A DNA stretch of 64,000 bases from an uncultured delta proteobacterium. GTDB lineage: Bacteria; Myxococcota_A; Polyangia; Fen-1088. The stretch lies in NCBI GenBank assembly GCA_963796685.1, contig CAWCMR010000025.1, forward strand, positions 1,280,001 through 1,344,000. Direction: 5' to 3'. Positions 21,390-31,247 of the stretch are shown in pieces (positions within the stretch are counted from its first letter, which is position 1; each line of letters begins with the position of its first letter). The notes below the pieces were generated by a model. It was not told the origin of the DNA, ran no database searches, and saw only the letters and a program-made list of their open reading frames with translations. A program made the translations under genes and the position numbers.

Positions 21390-21664
21390 TGCAAGAACGA
21401 ATTCGCGCATCCGTCCATCAGTACATCGTCAGCACCTGGCTGAGCGGAGATGAGCGGGGCTTCGACGACAATACCGATCTCCTGCAGGCCGGCATCCTCG
21501 ATTCCTTCACTACGTTATCCATCACAGGCTACCTGGATGAAAGTTTTCACATCCAGCTCGATCCAGCAGAAATCAATCCCGAGAATCTGCGCAGCGTCAA
21601 TGCTCTCGTCAAGATCGTGCTCGCCAAGCTGGCAACGAGAGGCGAGAGGCCTGACAAGACTTAA
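21389..21664 (+). CDS. Peptidyl carrier protein (PltL/RedO/CloN5-like)
   Basis: ATG overlaps the upstream TAA; DLLQAGILDSF phosphopantetheine site; PENLRSV C-terminal motif. Confidence 0.88.
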   Translation: MQERIRASVHQYIVSTWLSGDERGFDDNTDLLQAGILDSFTTLSITGYLDESFHIQLDPAEINPENLRSVNALVKIVLAKLATRGERPDKT

Positions 21665-21711
21665 GTCACGGCTACCGACAAAAGTGCCCCCCAAACCCGT
21701 TCGAGGACCCC

Positions 21712-21939
21712 ATGGAACAAACCCTGCGAAATATCGTCGCCAAGATTGCAGAAATCCCGCCGGACTTTGCCCCCGACGCGTCCCTGCGCGACGACCTCAA
21801 GGTCGATTCGGTGCGCGCCCTCGAAATCCTTTTCGAGGTGGAAAAGGAATTGGCGATACCGGTTCCCGAGGCTCGCTACGGCGAGATACGTACTTTTCAG
21901 GACCTCGTGAAACTGGTCAGTTCGCTCAAGAGCGCTTAG
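21712..21939 (+). CDS. Acyl carrier protein (type II)
   Basis: 75 aa and acidic; DDLKVDSVRALEI; GAGGA RBS. Confidence 0.9.
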   Translation: MEQTLRNIVAKIAEIPPDFAPDASLRDDLKVDSVRALEILFEVEKELAIPVPEARYGEIRTFQDLVKLVSSLKSA

Positions 21940-21978
21940 CGCCCATCGTCGGACCGCATCCTGCAAGCGAGTTTGCAC

Positions 21979-23200
21979 GTGCAACGACGGGTCGTCATCA
22001 CTGGGTGTGGGATTCTGAGCTTCCGCAGGCAACGACCTCGACACATTCTGGCGTTCGCTGACGAGTGGCAAGAGCTTCATCAGCCCCCTGACGAGCTTCA
22101 CGTGTCCCGCGCAAGACGCCCCGGTCGGGGCCGAGCTGCAGATACCTGCCGAAGACGCGCTTTCGGCAGGTATCGACGAGAATTCCTACCGAGCACGCTG
22201 TGCGCACTTGGCCATGGCAGCGTCCCGCCGTGCGGTCGCGCATGCGGGCCTCGAGCCAGGTGACGAGTGCCTTTTCCGGGCCGGTGTCGTACTTGGCACG
22301 ACCATGGGCGAGGAACGACAAATCGGCGACCTCAGCGAACGCTGGGCAAACCTGGCGGCCGACAGCGTGGATGCCGGTTTTTGTGCACGCGCTGACAATC
22401 ACAAGCTCGCGGCAAACATCGCGTCCAGGTACGGCCTCGGCGGGCCCGTCCTACTTAGCGCGACGGCTTGCAGCTCGGGCAATGCCTCCGTGGCCTTGGC
22501 CTATGACCTAATCGCCGACGGCACGGCTGACCTCATGATCGCGGGCGGCGCCGACACCTTTACCCGTCTCACCTATTGCGGATTTGCCCGCATGAGCGCG
22601 TTATCCAAGACCGCGTGCAAACCCTTCGACAAGAATCGCGACGGCGTTTCCTTCGGCGAGGGCGCAGGCATTCTGGTCATTGAAGAGCTCGAACACGCCC
22701 GCGAGCGCGGTGCAAACATCCTCGCCGAAGTCCTGGGCTACGGCTTCAGCAACGACGCGCACCACGTGACCGCCCCCGAACCCAATGGCGCCGGTTTCAT
22801 TCGCGCGATCGAGCAGGCCCTGACGACAACCAGCACCCCACCGGACCAGATTGGCTACGTATGCGCGCATGGCACGGGAACCCAGTACAACGACCAGGGC
22901 GAAGTTCGTGCCATGAAAACCGTGTTCGGGGAGCGTGCGAGCCGAATCCCCATGAGCTCGATCAAGGCGGCTATCGGACACACCAACGGAGCAGCCGGTG
23001 CCATTGCGACCATCGCATGTACCCTCGCCCTGCTCCATCAGATGGTGCCCCCCACCGCCACCCTGGTCGAACCCGATCCGGAGTTCGCCATGGACTTTGT
23101 CATGGGCCGAGGCCGCAAGGCTTCGTTTTCGACCTGCCTCAACTTGTCCGCTGGCTTTGGCGGGTCCAACGCCTGCGTGTTGCTTGCGAGGGCGCCGTGA
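21979..23200 (+). CDS. Beta-ketoacyl-ACP synthase (KS, FabF-like); apparent +1 frameshift near 22021
   Basis: RRVVITGCG then, in the shifted frame, SAGNDLDTFWRSL; catalytic triad motifs TACSSG, HGTGTQYND and KAAIGHT are intact. Confidence 0.9.
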
Positions 23201-24405
23201 CCGGCCAAGCTGAACACGCCGTGGCCATCACCGGCGTCGGGATCCTGACTCCACTCGGCGATTCCATGGCCGGCGTCGTGGAGGCGCTGTGCGCCGGCCG
23301 CTCGTCGGTTGCTCCCATACAAAAGCCCGCGTCAGCCAATGGCTCCAGCTTCGCGGACTTCGAGGCTACCCGCTACGCCAACGTGCGCGGGATGCGCATC
23401 TACAATCGGACCACGCGGCTCGGGATCTGCGCCACGCGGCTGGCCATGGTCGATGCTGGACTGGAAAATGCCGGCTTTCCCGGCGAGCAACTCGGCGTAG
23501 TCATGGCCTCGACCTTTGGCCATTTCGACACCCTCATCGAATACGATCGTGGCCTTTTCACCCAGGGTCCGGCAAGCACCAATCCAGCGCTCATGCCCCT
23601 GGCCATCCCGAGTGCGCCCGGCGCCCTGATCGCCCTCTCCTTCGGTGCCAAGGCCTGTTCCATTACTCTCGCTGACGGCGGTGCCGGTGCACTCGATGCC
23701 CTGGGTCTGGCTGCGCGGCTCGCACGAGCGGGTCGGGTCGGCGCCTGCATCGTGGTCGCCGCGCTCGGCCTCTTCGACGAGCTGATTATGTCTGCGGCCC
23801 GCGCGGGCCAGCTCGCGCCACCGGATGCGTTTCGCGTATTCGACCAGCGCAGCGGCGGCAGTGCCTTCGGCGAGGCCGGGGTCGCGGTGATCGTGGAGAC
23901 AATGGCACATGCCCGCGCGCGAGGCGCCACGCCCAAGGGCTTCGTGGCCGGACAGGCCTCCACCTTCGCCGCAGACTCCGAGCGTTTGGAAGGGTCCCTA
24001 GCTCGCGCGTGCTCACAAGCCCTGCACAAAGCCGGGGTGGAACCTCACGGCCTCGGACTGGTGAGCAGCGGCGCCAATGGCTCGCCGGCAGTCGACCGGG
24101 CCGAAGCGCGCGCGCTGCTCTCTGTCCTGGGCCAATCGTCCGAACGGCCGGCAGTCACCGCGATCAAGTCCGCGCTCGGCGACATGCTCGACGCCAGTGG
24201 GCTGCTTCAGACAGTCGTCGCAATGTCTGCCTTGGCCGGAACACCAGCACCGCCCATCGCGAGGCTGGGCGAGGCCGCCTTCCCAGGTCTGCGCTACCTG
24301 GCCGAACCATCACCCATCGAGCAAGGTCATGCGCTGATCACAGGCACATCCCAAACCGGTGCATGCTCCGCGCTCGTGCTTTCGAGGGAACCTCGTGCCG
24401 GCTGA
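23197..24405 (+). CDS. Catalytically inactive KS paralogue (chain-length factor-like)
   Basis: GTGA overlap; VAITGVGILTPLG; Cys motif replaced by DGGAGA, HGTGT by GANGS, and KSxxGH by KSALGD. Confidence 0.82.
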   Translation: MTGQAEHAVAITGVGILTPLGDSMAGVVEALCAGRSSVAPIQKPASANGSSFADFEATRYANVRGMRIYNRTTRLGICATRLAMVDAGLENAGFPGEQLGVVMASTFGHFDTLIEYDRGLFTQGPASTNPALMPLAIPSAPGALIALSFGAKACSITLADGGAGALDALGLAARLARAGRVGACIVVAALGLFDELIMSAARAGQLAPPDAFRVFDQRSGGSAFGEAGVAVIVETMAHARARGATPKGFVAGQASTFAADSERLEGSLARACSQALHKAGVEPHGLGLVSSGANGSPAVDRAEARALLSVLGQSSERPAVTAIKSALGDMLDASGLLQTVVAMSALAGTPAPPIARLGEAAFPGLRYLAEPSPIEQGHALITGTSQTGACSALVLSREPRAG

Positions 24406-25144
24406 TGCTTCAAGGAAGGTGGCGGTCGTCACCGGAGGTTCGCGCGGCATTGGTCGCGCCGTGGTCGAGCACCTTGCACGCAAGGGCGTGGACGTCACCT
24501 TCACCTTCGTCGCCAACGAAGCCGCTGCGCAGAAAGTCGCGACCGATCTTTCCGCCGACGGGTTCGCCGCGCGAGGCCGGCGTGTGGATGCCCGCGATGT
24601 GGCAGCCTGCAAGGCCCTGGTACAATCCGTTATCGCCGAACGTGGCCGCATCGACCTGCTGGTCAACAATGCCGCCGTCCTCGCGGACAAGCTCTTGGCG
24701 CTGATGGCTCAAGAGGACTGGGACCATGTGGTGAATACCAGCCTGAACGGCCTCTTCGGAACCACCCAGCCGACGGCGAGGCAGATGATGCGCCAGCGTG
24801 CTGGACGAATCGTGAACCTGACTTCGGTCTCGGGAATCGTCGGCGTTGCCGGACAGACCAACTATTCAGCCGCCAAGGCTGCCATCATCGGTTTCACGCG
24901 CTCTCTGGCCAAAGAGCTTGCGCCCCTTGGCATCTGCGTGAACGCGGTGGCTCCCGGATTCGTCGACACGGAGATGCTGGCTATGTTCTCGCCCGAACAG
25001 CGCAAGGACGCGATTGCCCGCGTTCCCATGCACCGGTTCGCCCAGGCGGACGAAATCGCGGAGCTGGTTTGCTACCTGGCCCTCGAGGCGCCCTCGTACC
25101 TCACGGGCCAGACCCTTGTGATAGACGGGGGGCTCACGGCATAG
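24395..25144 (+). CDS. 3-oxoacyl-ACP reductase (FabG-like ketoreductase)
   Basis: TGGSRGIG, LVNNAA, GQTNYSAAK, PGFVDTEM, GQTLVIDGG. Confidence 0.92.
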   Translation: MPADASRKVAVVTGGSRGIGRAVVEHLARKGVDVTFTFVANEAAAQKVATDLSADGFAARGRRVDARDVAACKALVQSVIAERGRIDLLVNNAAVLADKLLALMAQEDWDHVVNTSLNGLFGTTQPTARQMMRQRAGRIVNLTSVSGIVGVAGQTNYSAAKAAIIGFTRSLAKELAPLGICVNAVAPGFVDTEMLAMFSPEQRKDAIARVPMHRFAQADEIAELVCYLALEAPSYLTGQTLVIDGGLTA

Positions 25145-25183
25145 AGGCCGGAAGGTCGACGCGAAACGTAACGGCGCTCAACA

Positions 25184-25846
25184 CTACTTCGGCGCGCCGC
25201 CGGTGCCGAGCGCGGCTCCCGCCAGCTCGGCCGCACTGACGAAACGCATTGGGATGCCGAGGACCACTGAGTTCTCCGGGATATCCCTGGCCACGACGGT
25301 ATTTGCGGCGATGTACGAGCCATCCCCAACCCGGATTCCCCCTACAATGCAGGCCCCGGGACCGATCTCCACGCGATTCCCAATCTTGGGGATCTCGGTA
25401 TCGTTCCGACGCGAAAGGCCCATGGTCACCGAGTGCTGCATGATGACGTCATCGCCGATTTCGCTTGCACCGAGGACCATGCACCCATGGTGCCCCAGGC
25501 GAACCCTCCTGCCCACCTTGACGTTGTAAGGCAGGTCGATCCCCCAGAGGGCGACCGTGGCTCGGTATGCCGTACGGTACGCAGCGCTCATCGGAGCGCG
25601 CAACAACTTGCTCTTGAAAGACATGCGCCAGTTGCCAAATCGGTGCACGGAGAGTGTCCAGAAACCTGGCGAAAGCAAGCTCCCGCCGTGGGTACGAAAA
25701 TCCTCTGCCAAGAGGGACAGCAAACTCATCCCGGCCGGGTTCGAATTGGTGTCGCCGACCGCGATATTGACCGGACAACGTACGGGGTTCACACGCGGCA
25801 CGCGCGGCGGCTGGCCGCGTTCGTGGCTGTCGGTCATCGAAGTCAT
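25184..25846 (-). CDS. CysE/WcaB/EpsC-like hexapeptide-repeat O-acyltransferase
   Basis: HRFGNW, GIDLPYNVKVG, HHGCMVL, PKIGNRVEIGPGACIVG, AANTVV, GIP. Confidence 0.85.
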   Translation of the reverse strand: MTSMTDSHERGQPPRVPRVNPVRCPVNIAVGDTNSNPAGMSLLSLLAEDFRTHGGSLLSPGFWTLSVHRFGNWRMSFKSKLLRAPMSAAYRTAYRATVALWGIDLPYNVKVGRRVRLGHHGCMVLGASEIGDDVIMQHSVTMGLSRRNDTEIPKIGNRVEIGPGACIVGGIRVGDGSYIAANTVVARDIPENSVVLGIPMRFVSAAELAGAALGTGGAPK

Positions 25847-26427
25847 TGGGGAATGATTCTGGCGGGGACACCGAACACGACCACGCCCGGTGGAACCTGC
25901 TGCGTGACCACGCTGTTGGCGCCCACAAAAGCTCCCTTGCCCACGTGAACATCCCCAACGACACAGGCGCCCGAGCCAATATCCACGCCGTCCTCAATAA
26001 CGGGCAGACACTCGGGCCGGCCAGCATCGGCCTGTCGCACCGGCCCGAAAGTCGTGTCTTGACGAATATGCACGTCATCACCAATCGACCGCGCGTTGAG
26101 CAGGATCGATCCGTGATGCCAGATACGAAACCGGCGGCCGACGCGAGTCGTATTCGGTAGACAAATCCCCCATACCCAATCAATGGCCGTGGTCAAGACC
26201 TTGTGAGCAGAAAGCAACGGACGTCGCAGCGCCGCGGGACTCACCCGGCTGGCGCGTGTCCCCAAGCGATGCGCGGCAACGGCCCAGAAACCCGGCTCCA
26301 GCCAAAGCCGGTCGTGGGTGGTGAAGTCCTCAGCCAGGAGCTCGCGTAGCGACAGTTCCTCTGCGCTGCGTTTGTCCAAGCCGCGGGCCGAATTTTCATT
26401 GGGCGACTGTCGCGGTGGGTCGGTCAT
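25843..26427 (-). CDS. CysE/WcaB/EpsC-like hexapeptide-repeat O-acyltransferase (paralogue)
   Basis: LLAEDFTTH..PGFWAVAAHRLG, WHHGSI, PVIEDGVDIGSGA, GANSVV, GVPAR. Confidence 0.85.
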   Translation of the reverse strand: MTDPPRQSPNENSARGLDKRSAEELSLRELLAEDFTTHDRLWLEPGFWAVAAHRLGTRASRVSPAALRRPLLSAHKVLTTAIDWVWGICLPNTTRVGRRFRIWHHGSILLNARSIGDDVHIRQDTTFGPVRQADAGRPECLPVIEDGVDIGSGACVVGDVHVGKGAFVGANSVVTQQVPPGVVVFGVPARIIPQ

Positions 26428-26717
26428 GATGGTGGGTTCGCCTGGGTTCGATCAACCAGGCAAAGGCCGTGCTTCAAATGTACGAGTACGCTCCCCGGCT
26501 AGCAAGTCTCGAAAACAGTGTCCTTCCGGTGAGCATGCGTGAAATCGGCGGCCAACCGAGCGTAGACCATGGGCTGGCTCGGTTGAGCCTGAAGGACAAG
26601 GCATGGCACGCCCGAACGAGACGCGAGCGACGCAAGGATTGCAGCAGGTGCGCAGAAGGCTCGACTTCTGGCAGTGCTGACACAACGTAGCGCCTGCCAC
26701 CTGGCACGGTGCGTGTG

Positions 26718-27182
26718 TCAAGTCTTGCCGGCAGAGCGCACGTCGAGGCGGGTCTCGTGCGGGTAGAGAATCTGCAGATCATTCACACCTCGCGTCCGCA
26801 TGGCCAGCTTTCGGATGACCGTGACCAACCGCACCACGACGGCTTCGCTGCTCCACTTGCCTCGCGAGGTGTAGTCCTCGTGGGCGGCGATGTGCACAAC
26901 CACGATGGTGCTGCGCCGGACCCTGGTGAACATCGCGACTCCGACGAGTCGTTCCTGTGCCTCCGTCGCGTCGAATGCGTACAGGGTCTGCAATATTCCC
27001 AAAGTAGTCGCGCGGAAGCGGAGTCGATCATCCTCTTCGACGATCTCAGGGACGCCGTAGCGATGGACGAGATCGACCAGGCGTCCGGTGATCAAGCTTT
27101 GCTCGGGATTGAAGAAAACGATCCGCTCCAACTCCTTGCGGAACGAGCCACGAAGCTCGGATGAGATACGGATGTTGCGCAT
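26718..27182 (-). CDS. Hypothetical protein, possible GNAT-like fold
   Basis: 154 aa from ATG 27182; ELERIVFFNPEQ, LVGVAMFTR, IVVVHIAAHEDYTSRG resembles GNAT motif A. Confidence 0.55.
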   Translation of the reverse strand: MRNIRISSELRGSFRKELERIVFFNPEQSLITGRLVDLVHRYGVPEIVEEDDRLRFRATTLGILQTLYAFDATEAQERLVGVAMFTRVRRSTIVVVHIAAHEDYTSRGKWSSEAVVVRLVTVIRKLAMRTRGVNDLQILYPHETRLDVRSAGKT

Positions 27183-27291
27183 GAGCGGACTTTGCAGGTG
27201 CTCTTTCCATCGGATGCCGCTGCGATTCCAAAGTTGCTGCCAACGGATTCCAGCGCGCTGGTGATCCGTATTGTCGAGTTGCTTGTCAATC

Positions 27292-27306
27292 TGGCACACA
27301 TCTTGC
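27292..27306 (+). promoter_or_regulatory. Possible sigma-54 -24/-12 element, antisense to the flanking genes
   Basis: TGGCAC-ACATC-TTGC has exact consensus spacing and is intergenic, but there is no nearby plus-strand gene. Confidence 0.3.
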
Positions 27307-27391
27307 GCAAGGTTGTCCGATCTTCGCGTTCGCGATGACCCGAAATTCGCAGACCGCACATCCTGAAGGCATGCGTTCGGCCAACCGAGGG

Positions 27392-28438
27392 TTACTCTGA
27401 ATCACGCGTCGGCCGCCACTCTCGGGCAGGTTCAATCGTCCGGTTGGCTTTGCGAAGCACGCTGTACCGCAAGACATCGCGGGCAAAGTACGGGACGCTT
27501 GTTCGACCATGTCCTTTCAGCATCTCCTTCGTCTCGCCAACCACGTGAGCCAAGAGGAGGACAACATCCGTGGCCATGGCATAGGGCACGCCGTGGTTCT
27601 TGGCAAAGTACCTGCGCCGCGACTCGAACCAGTAACCGGGCAGCCGCTTGTTTCCCTCCTGCTTGCCCGTAACCCCCGTGCTTTGCCCTGCAATATGCAT
27701 GACCCTGCTTTGCGGGACGTACCAGATGGTCCAACCCGCGGCCTTGATTTTGCGGCAGAAGTCGGTTTCCTCGTAGTACAGGAAGTAGTTTTCATCCATG
27801 CCTCCGATGTTCTCGATGACCTGGCGCCGAACCATCATGGAAGCGCCTGGAAACCAGTCCACTTGCTCGGGAACGTTGCCCATGGTCCTCGCTACGATGT
27901 GCCTGTGGAGAAGCTTGCTGACCAGGCCGAATCGCAACCCGTGGTCTAGCTCACCAAGCAGGCTGGGATAGCGAAAGGCATAGGGCCAGAGTCGGCCATC
28001 CTGAGACTCGAAACTGCTGCCCACGATTCCCGCATCGTCGTGCCGATCGAGAAAGTCCACCAGTGCGCTGATGGCCCCACTGCGCACCTCGGTATCCGGG
28101 TTGAGCATGAGAAAGAAATCGGGCACCGTGGCCGATTCGAAGCCGTGGCGAAAACCGAGGTTGTTGCCGTAGGCGAATCCGCCATTCCGAGCCGCGGATA
28201 CAACCATGATCCACTCCTGGTAGCCGGAATCCATCACCATGCGCTGGATCGGCTCGGCATCCCCAGACGCATTGTCAATAACCACAACCCGAAGCACGAT
28301 ATTGCGAGCGGCCTCGGCCGATCTCTCGCCGGCTAGCGAGGTAAGGAGGTTCTTCACCAAGATCGGGGTCTTATAGGTGACGATCACGGCTAGAACGGTA
28401 CGCTGGGGTACGGCGCGAGGTGCATTCATGAAAGTCAC
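27392..28438 (-). CDS. GT2 glycosyltransferase (rhamnosyltransferase/EpsD-like)
   Basis: VIVTYKT, VIDNASG, NGGFAYGNN, LNPDT, GGMDENYFLYYEETDFC, HIAGQS. Confidence 0.92.
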   Translation of the reverse strand: MTFMNAPRAVPQRTVLAVIVTYKTPILVKNLLTSLAGERSAEAARNIVLRVVVIDNASGDAEPIQRMVMDSGYQEWIMVVSAARNGGFAYGNNLGFRHGFESATVPDFFLMLNPDTEVRSGAISALVDFLDRHDDAGIVGSSFESQDGRLWPYAFRYPSLLGELDHGLRFGLVSKLLHRHIVARTMGNVPEQVDWFPGASMMVRRQVIENIGGMDENYFLYYEETDFCRKIKAAGWTIWYVPQSRVMHIAGQSTGVTGKQEGNKRLPGYWFESRRRYFAKNHGVPYAMATDVVLLLAHVVGETKEMLKGHGRTSVPYFARDVLRYSVLRKANRTIEPAREWRPTRDSE

Positions 28439-28744
28439 ACGATATCCTTAGCGCAATTCAGCTTGTTGGTCGCGCTGCGCTCGAGCGGTACAACCCCTCC
28501 GCCATACGTGCTCGCTGCGAACCCTGCTCAGGAAACAAGAAGGAAACCCTGGCGCCTGATTTGGGAAATTATAGTGAGTGCCCATAGCATAAGTGATACG
28601 TGCGCTAATCAGTTGCGCAAGGCGGGAGATAGCGCGTTCGCAAAGGCCAAGCAAGAGCGTGGTTTGCAAGGGCTTCCCCTTGCCCAGGACCGGCTGTCGG
28701 GGCACCATATCCCTCCTAGAACCAAAGACAGGACGCAGCAAGCC

Positions 28745-31243
28745 ATGGGCCGCGAAAGCGACGACGACGAAAAACCTACGCACGAGACGCTTAGCTTTGC
28801 TGAGTTCGCCACGCGTGGCAACGTTCAGCAGCCTGGCTCCGACAGCGCGGCGTTGATGATTGCGGAAAAGGACGGGGGGCAGCAAGTGCACGTCCTGACG
28901 CGAAATCCCACAGTCATCGGTCGTTCAAGCAAAGCGGACTTGGTTCTGTCCGACCCTGGCGTCTCCGACTTCCATGCGCGGATTTTCAAGCACAGCTTCG
29001 GCTACACGGTCGAGGACATGGGCTCCGCAGAGGGCACTTTTCTTGGCGACAGGCGCGTCAGCCATGCGCGTTTGGTCAGTGGTGACGTGCTTCGATTGGG
29101 CGCGACGATCCTCACGTTTCTGGACGAACGGGTCAACGCGACAAGGGACAGGAGCTCGTCGCTTGTGCCTGTGCGCGCCACGGTCGCCGGCATGGCACTA
29201 CGCTCGACCATCGTTCGCGATTCATACTCCCAATCGTCCCAGAGAGCACAGCAGCCACGGATCAAGCCTATTCAAGAGCGCATGCGGCGGCCCTCTGATA
29301 GCGACGAAGCCGCTCCTTCACTTGAGGATATCCTACTCAAGATCCTCCGTGCTTGGCGCTACTTCAAACGCCACGCCTGGCTGATCAGTAGTCTGGCCAT
29401 GCTCGGGCTTACCCTGGGTGCCGCGAGCTTCAAGTTCTATCCACCGGTGCGAGCCGCCATCTGCGTGGTCACTCTGCATCCGGCGCCCAGGGCCAACCCC
29501 ATCGAGCCGCAATTTCGACCGGACCCGTCAGAATCGACCCAGTTCTTTGCCGGCGCCCAGCAGGCCTTCAAGAGCAACGAAAATATCATGGCCGCACTCA
29601 AGCGGATCGGCGTTCCCAATCCAACCATCCCACAGGCTATGAGCATCGCCAAGCGCCTGAAGGTCGAGAACGACGGCAACAATACTTATGCTGCCACGCT
29701 CACACCTCCCCTCTTCGGCCGTGGGGGGGATGAGCTCGTGGGAATGCTTGACGCCCTCGTCAAGACCTACGTTGAGACCGAGATCGAGAAGATGCTGCAA
29801 ACCATCGTCGCTGAGGTCACCTTCCTGCGTTCCCAAACCGAGATTTCAGAGAAGCGCTTGGACCAGATCATGCAGGACACCGTGAAATTCCGCGAAGCCA
29901 ATTCGGATCAGATCCTCGCGCAAGGCACGCTCGCGAGTTCACCAGGAGAGCTCGAGTCCAAGCGACTCGAAGTGTCCAGCCGGATCGAGCGTTTGACGGG
30001 CGAGCTGGAAGGCGTACGTAGCCAACTCGCGCGAGGGAGCGTTCTCAGTCAGGCCAAGACGCAGGCGGCGCAGTCCGATCGCGAAGCCCTGAACAATATA
30101 AGCCGCAAATTGGCTGAGCTGCGTGCGCAAGGTTTCGCCGATGGGCATCCCGACGTGCAACGGCTGCTCACCGAGCAGAAGAACCTGCAGAAGCTCGTCG
30201 ACGACCATCTTCACTCCAATGTGACTCAGTTCGAGAAGCGCTCGAACGTCGCCTACGATAGTCTGCAGAGTCAGGCCGACCAACTGGAGGCACAGCTCAG
30301 GGCTGCACGCGCTGAGCTAGGCACCGTCGGAGCCAGCTTGCACACGCTTCGCACCGTCAGCAGCGAGTCGCCCAAGGTCAATGCACGTCTGGAGGAGCTC
30401 GTGCGCATGAAGGAGGAAGTCGAGAAACAGCATGGCTTGCTTTTCGACCGCTTGAAGCAGGCCGAAGTTCAGCTCCAGCTCGAACGCGTGTCGGCAACCT
30501 CACGCTACGAGATTGTCGTGCCTACGCGCCTGGAACCGCCGCCGGGCCGCAAAGCCTTCGCCTTGCGCATGGCCATGGGGCTCGGCCTTGGACTGCTTCT
30601 CGCAGCCATCGTGCTCGGCATCGGTGAGCTGCGCAGGGGGTTCGCCCGACTTGCCGAGAAGGGCATGGTGGCAGGTCTGCTCGTTCTTCTATTCCTGCCG
30701 CCGCTGGGTTGCGCGCATGAGGAACGATTCATTTGGGCATCCGACTTGCCACCCAAGGATTCATCGGCTGAACCCGCGGTTCGGGCGCGCGACTCCATTC
30801 TCGTGGAAGTCGAGAAGCAGCCGAGCCTCTCCGGCGAATTCGTGGTGCGAGACGATGGACACTACACCCAACCCACGGTGGGCAGCGTCCGTGTGGCCGG
30901 CTTGACCGCCCGGCAAGCCGCGGCCCAAATCGCCCTTGCGCTGAAGGATGTCGTCGTCACGCCCGTGGTTTCAGTGTGGATCACCAAGTCCCCCCCCATC
31001 CATGTCAGCGTCGTCGGCGAGGTCAAGTCACCCGGCATCTACGAAATGACCCGCGACCGCAGCTTGCTCACCGTTCTGGCTCAAGCGGGCTGGCTGACGG
31101 AGTTTGCCCACGCCGATCGTGTCTTCGTCGTACGCGCTGGCTCCAACGAGAGAATCCGTTTCCGGGTTCGCGACATCACCGCTGCCGAGCCCTTCGTCGC
31201 CCAGTTCGTGCTTGCAGACGCGGATACGGTGGTCGTGGAGTAG
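28745..31243 (+). CDS. FHA domain / polysaccharide co-polymerase (GumC/Wzc-like) / OPX (Wza-like Poly_export plus SLBB) fusion
   Basis: FHA: IGRS..VSDFHA..EDMGSAEGTF. TM1, long coiled coil with HPDV, TM2. Then a lipoprotein-signal-like MVAGLLVLLFLPPLGC and OPX motifs VRDDG..P.VG.V.VAGLT, VVGEVKSPG, LAQAG, DTVVVE. Confidence 0.85.
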   Translation: MGRESDDDEKPTHETLSFAEFATRGNVQQPGSDSAALMIAEKDGGQQVHVLTRNPTVIGRSSKADLVLSDPGVSDFHARIFKHSFGYTVEDMGSAEGTFLGDRRVSHARLVSGDVLRLGATILTFLDERVNATRDRSSSLVPVRATVAGMALRSTIVRDSYSQSSQRAQQPRIKPIQERMRRPSDSDEAAPSLEDILLKILRAWRYFKRHAWLISSLAMLGLTLGAASFKFYPPVRAAICVVTLHPAPRANPIEPQFRPDPSESTQFFAGAQQAFKSNENIMAALKRIGVPNPTIPQAMSIAKRLKVENDGNNTYAATLTPPLFGRGGDELVGMLDALVKTYVETEIEKMLQTIVAEVTFLRSQTEISEKRLDQIMQDTVKFREANSDQILAQGTLASSPGELESKRLEVSSRIERLTGELEGVRSQLARGSVLSQAKTQAAQSDREALNNISRKLAELRAQGFADGHPDVQRLLTEQKNLQKLVDDHLHSNVTQFEKRSNVAYDSLQSQADQLEAQLRAARAELGTVGASLHTLRTVSSESPKVNARLEELVRMKEEVEKQHGLLFDRLKQAEVQLQLERVSATSRYEIVVPTRLEPPPGRKAFALRMAMGLGLGLLLAAIVLGIGELRRGFARLAEKGMVAGLLVLLFLPPLGCAHEERFIWASDLPPKDSSAEPAVRARDSILVEVEKQPSLSGEFVVRDDGHYTQPTVGSVRVAGLTARQAAAQIALALKDVVVTPVVSVWITKSPPIHVSVVGEVKSPGIYEMTRDRSLLTVLAQAGWLTEFAHADRVFVVRAGSNERIRFRVRDITAAEPFVAQFVLADADTVVVE

Positions 31244-31247
31244 CGGG

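Noticed and set aside
18667-25144. Ordinary fatty-acid synthesis or a Dlt-type D-alanylation operon
   Set aside because: The dead KS partner, the Pro-type A-domain code and the PltE-like dehydrogenase do not fit; no fabD/fabH/plsX or DltB/DltD is present.
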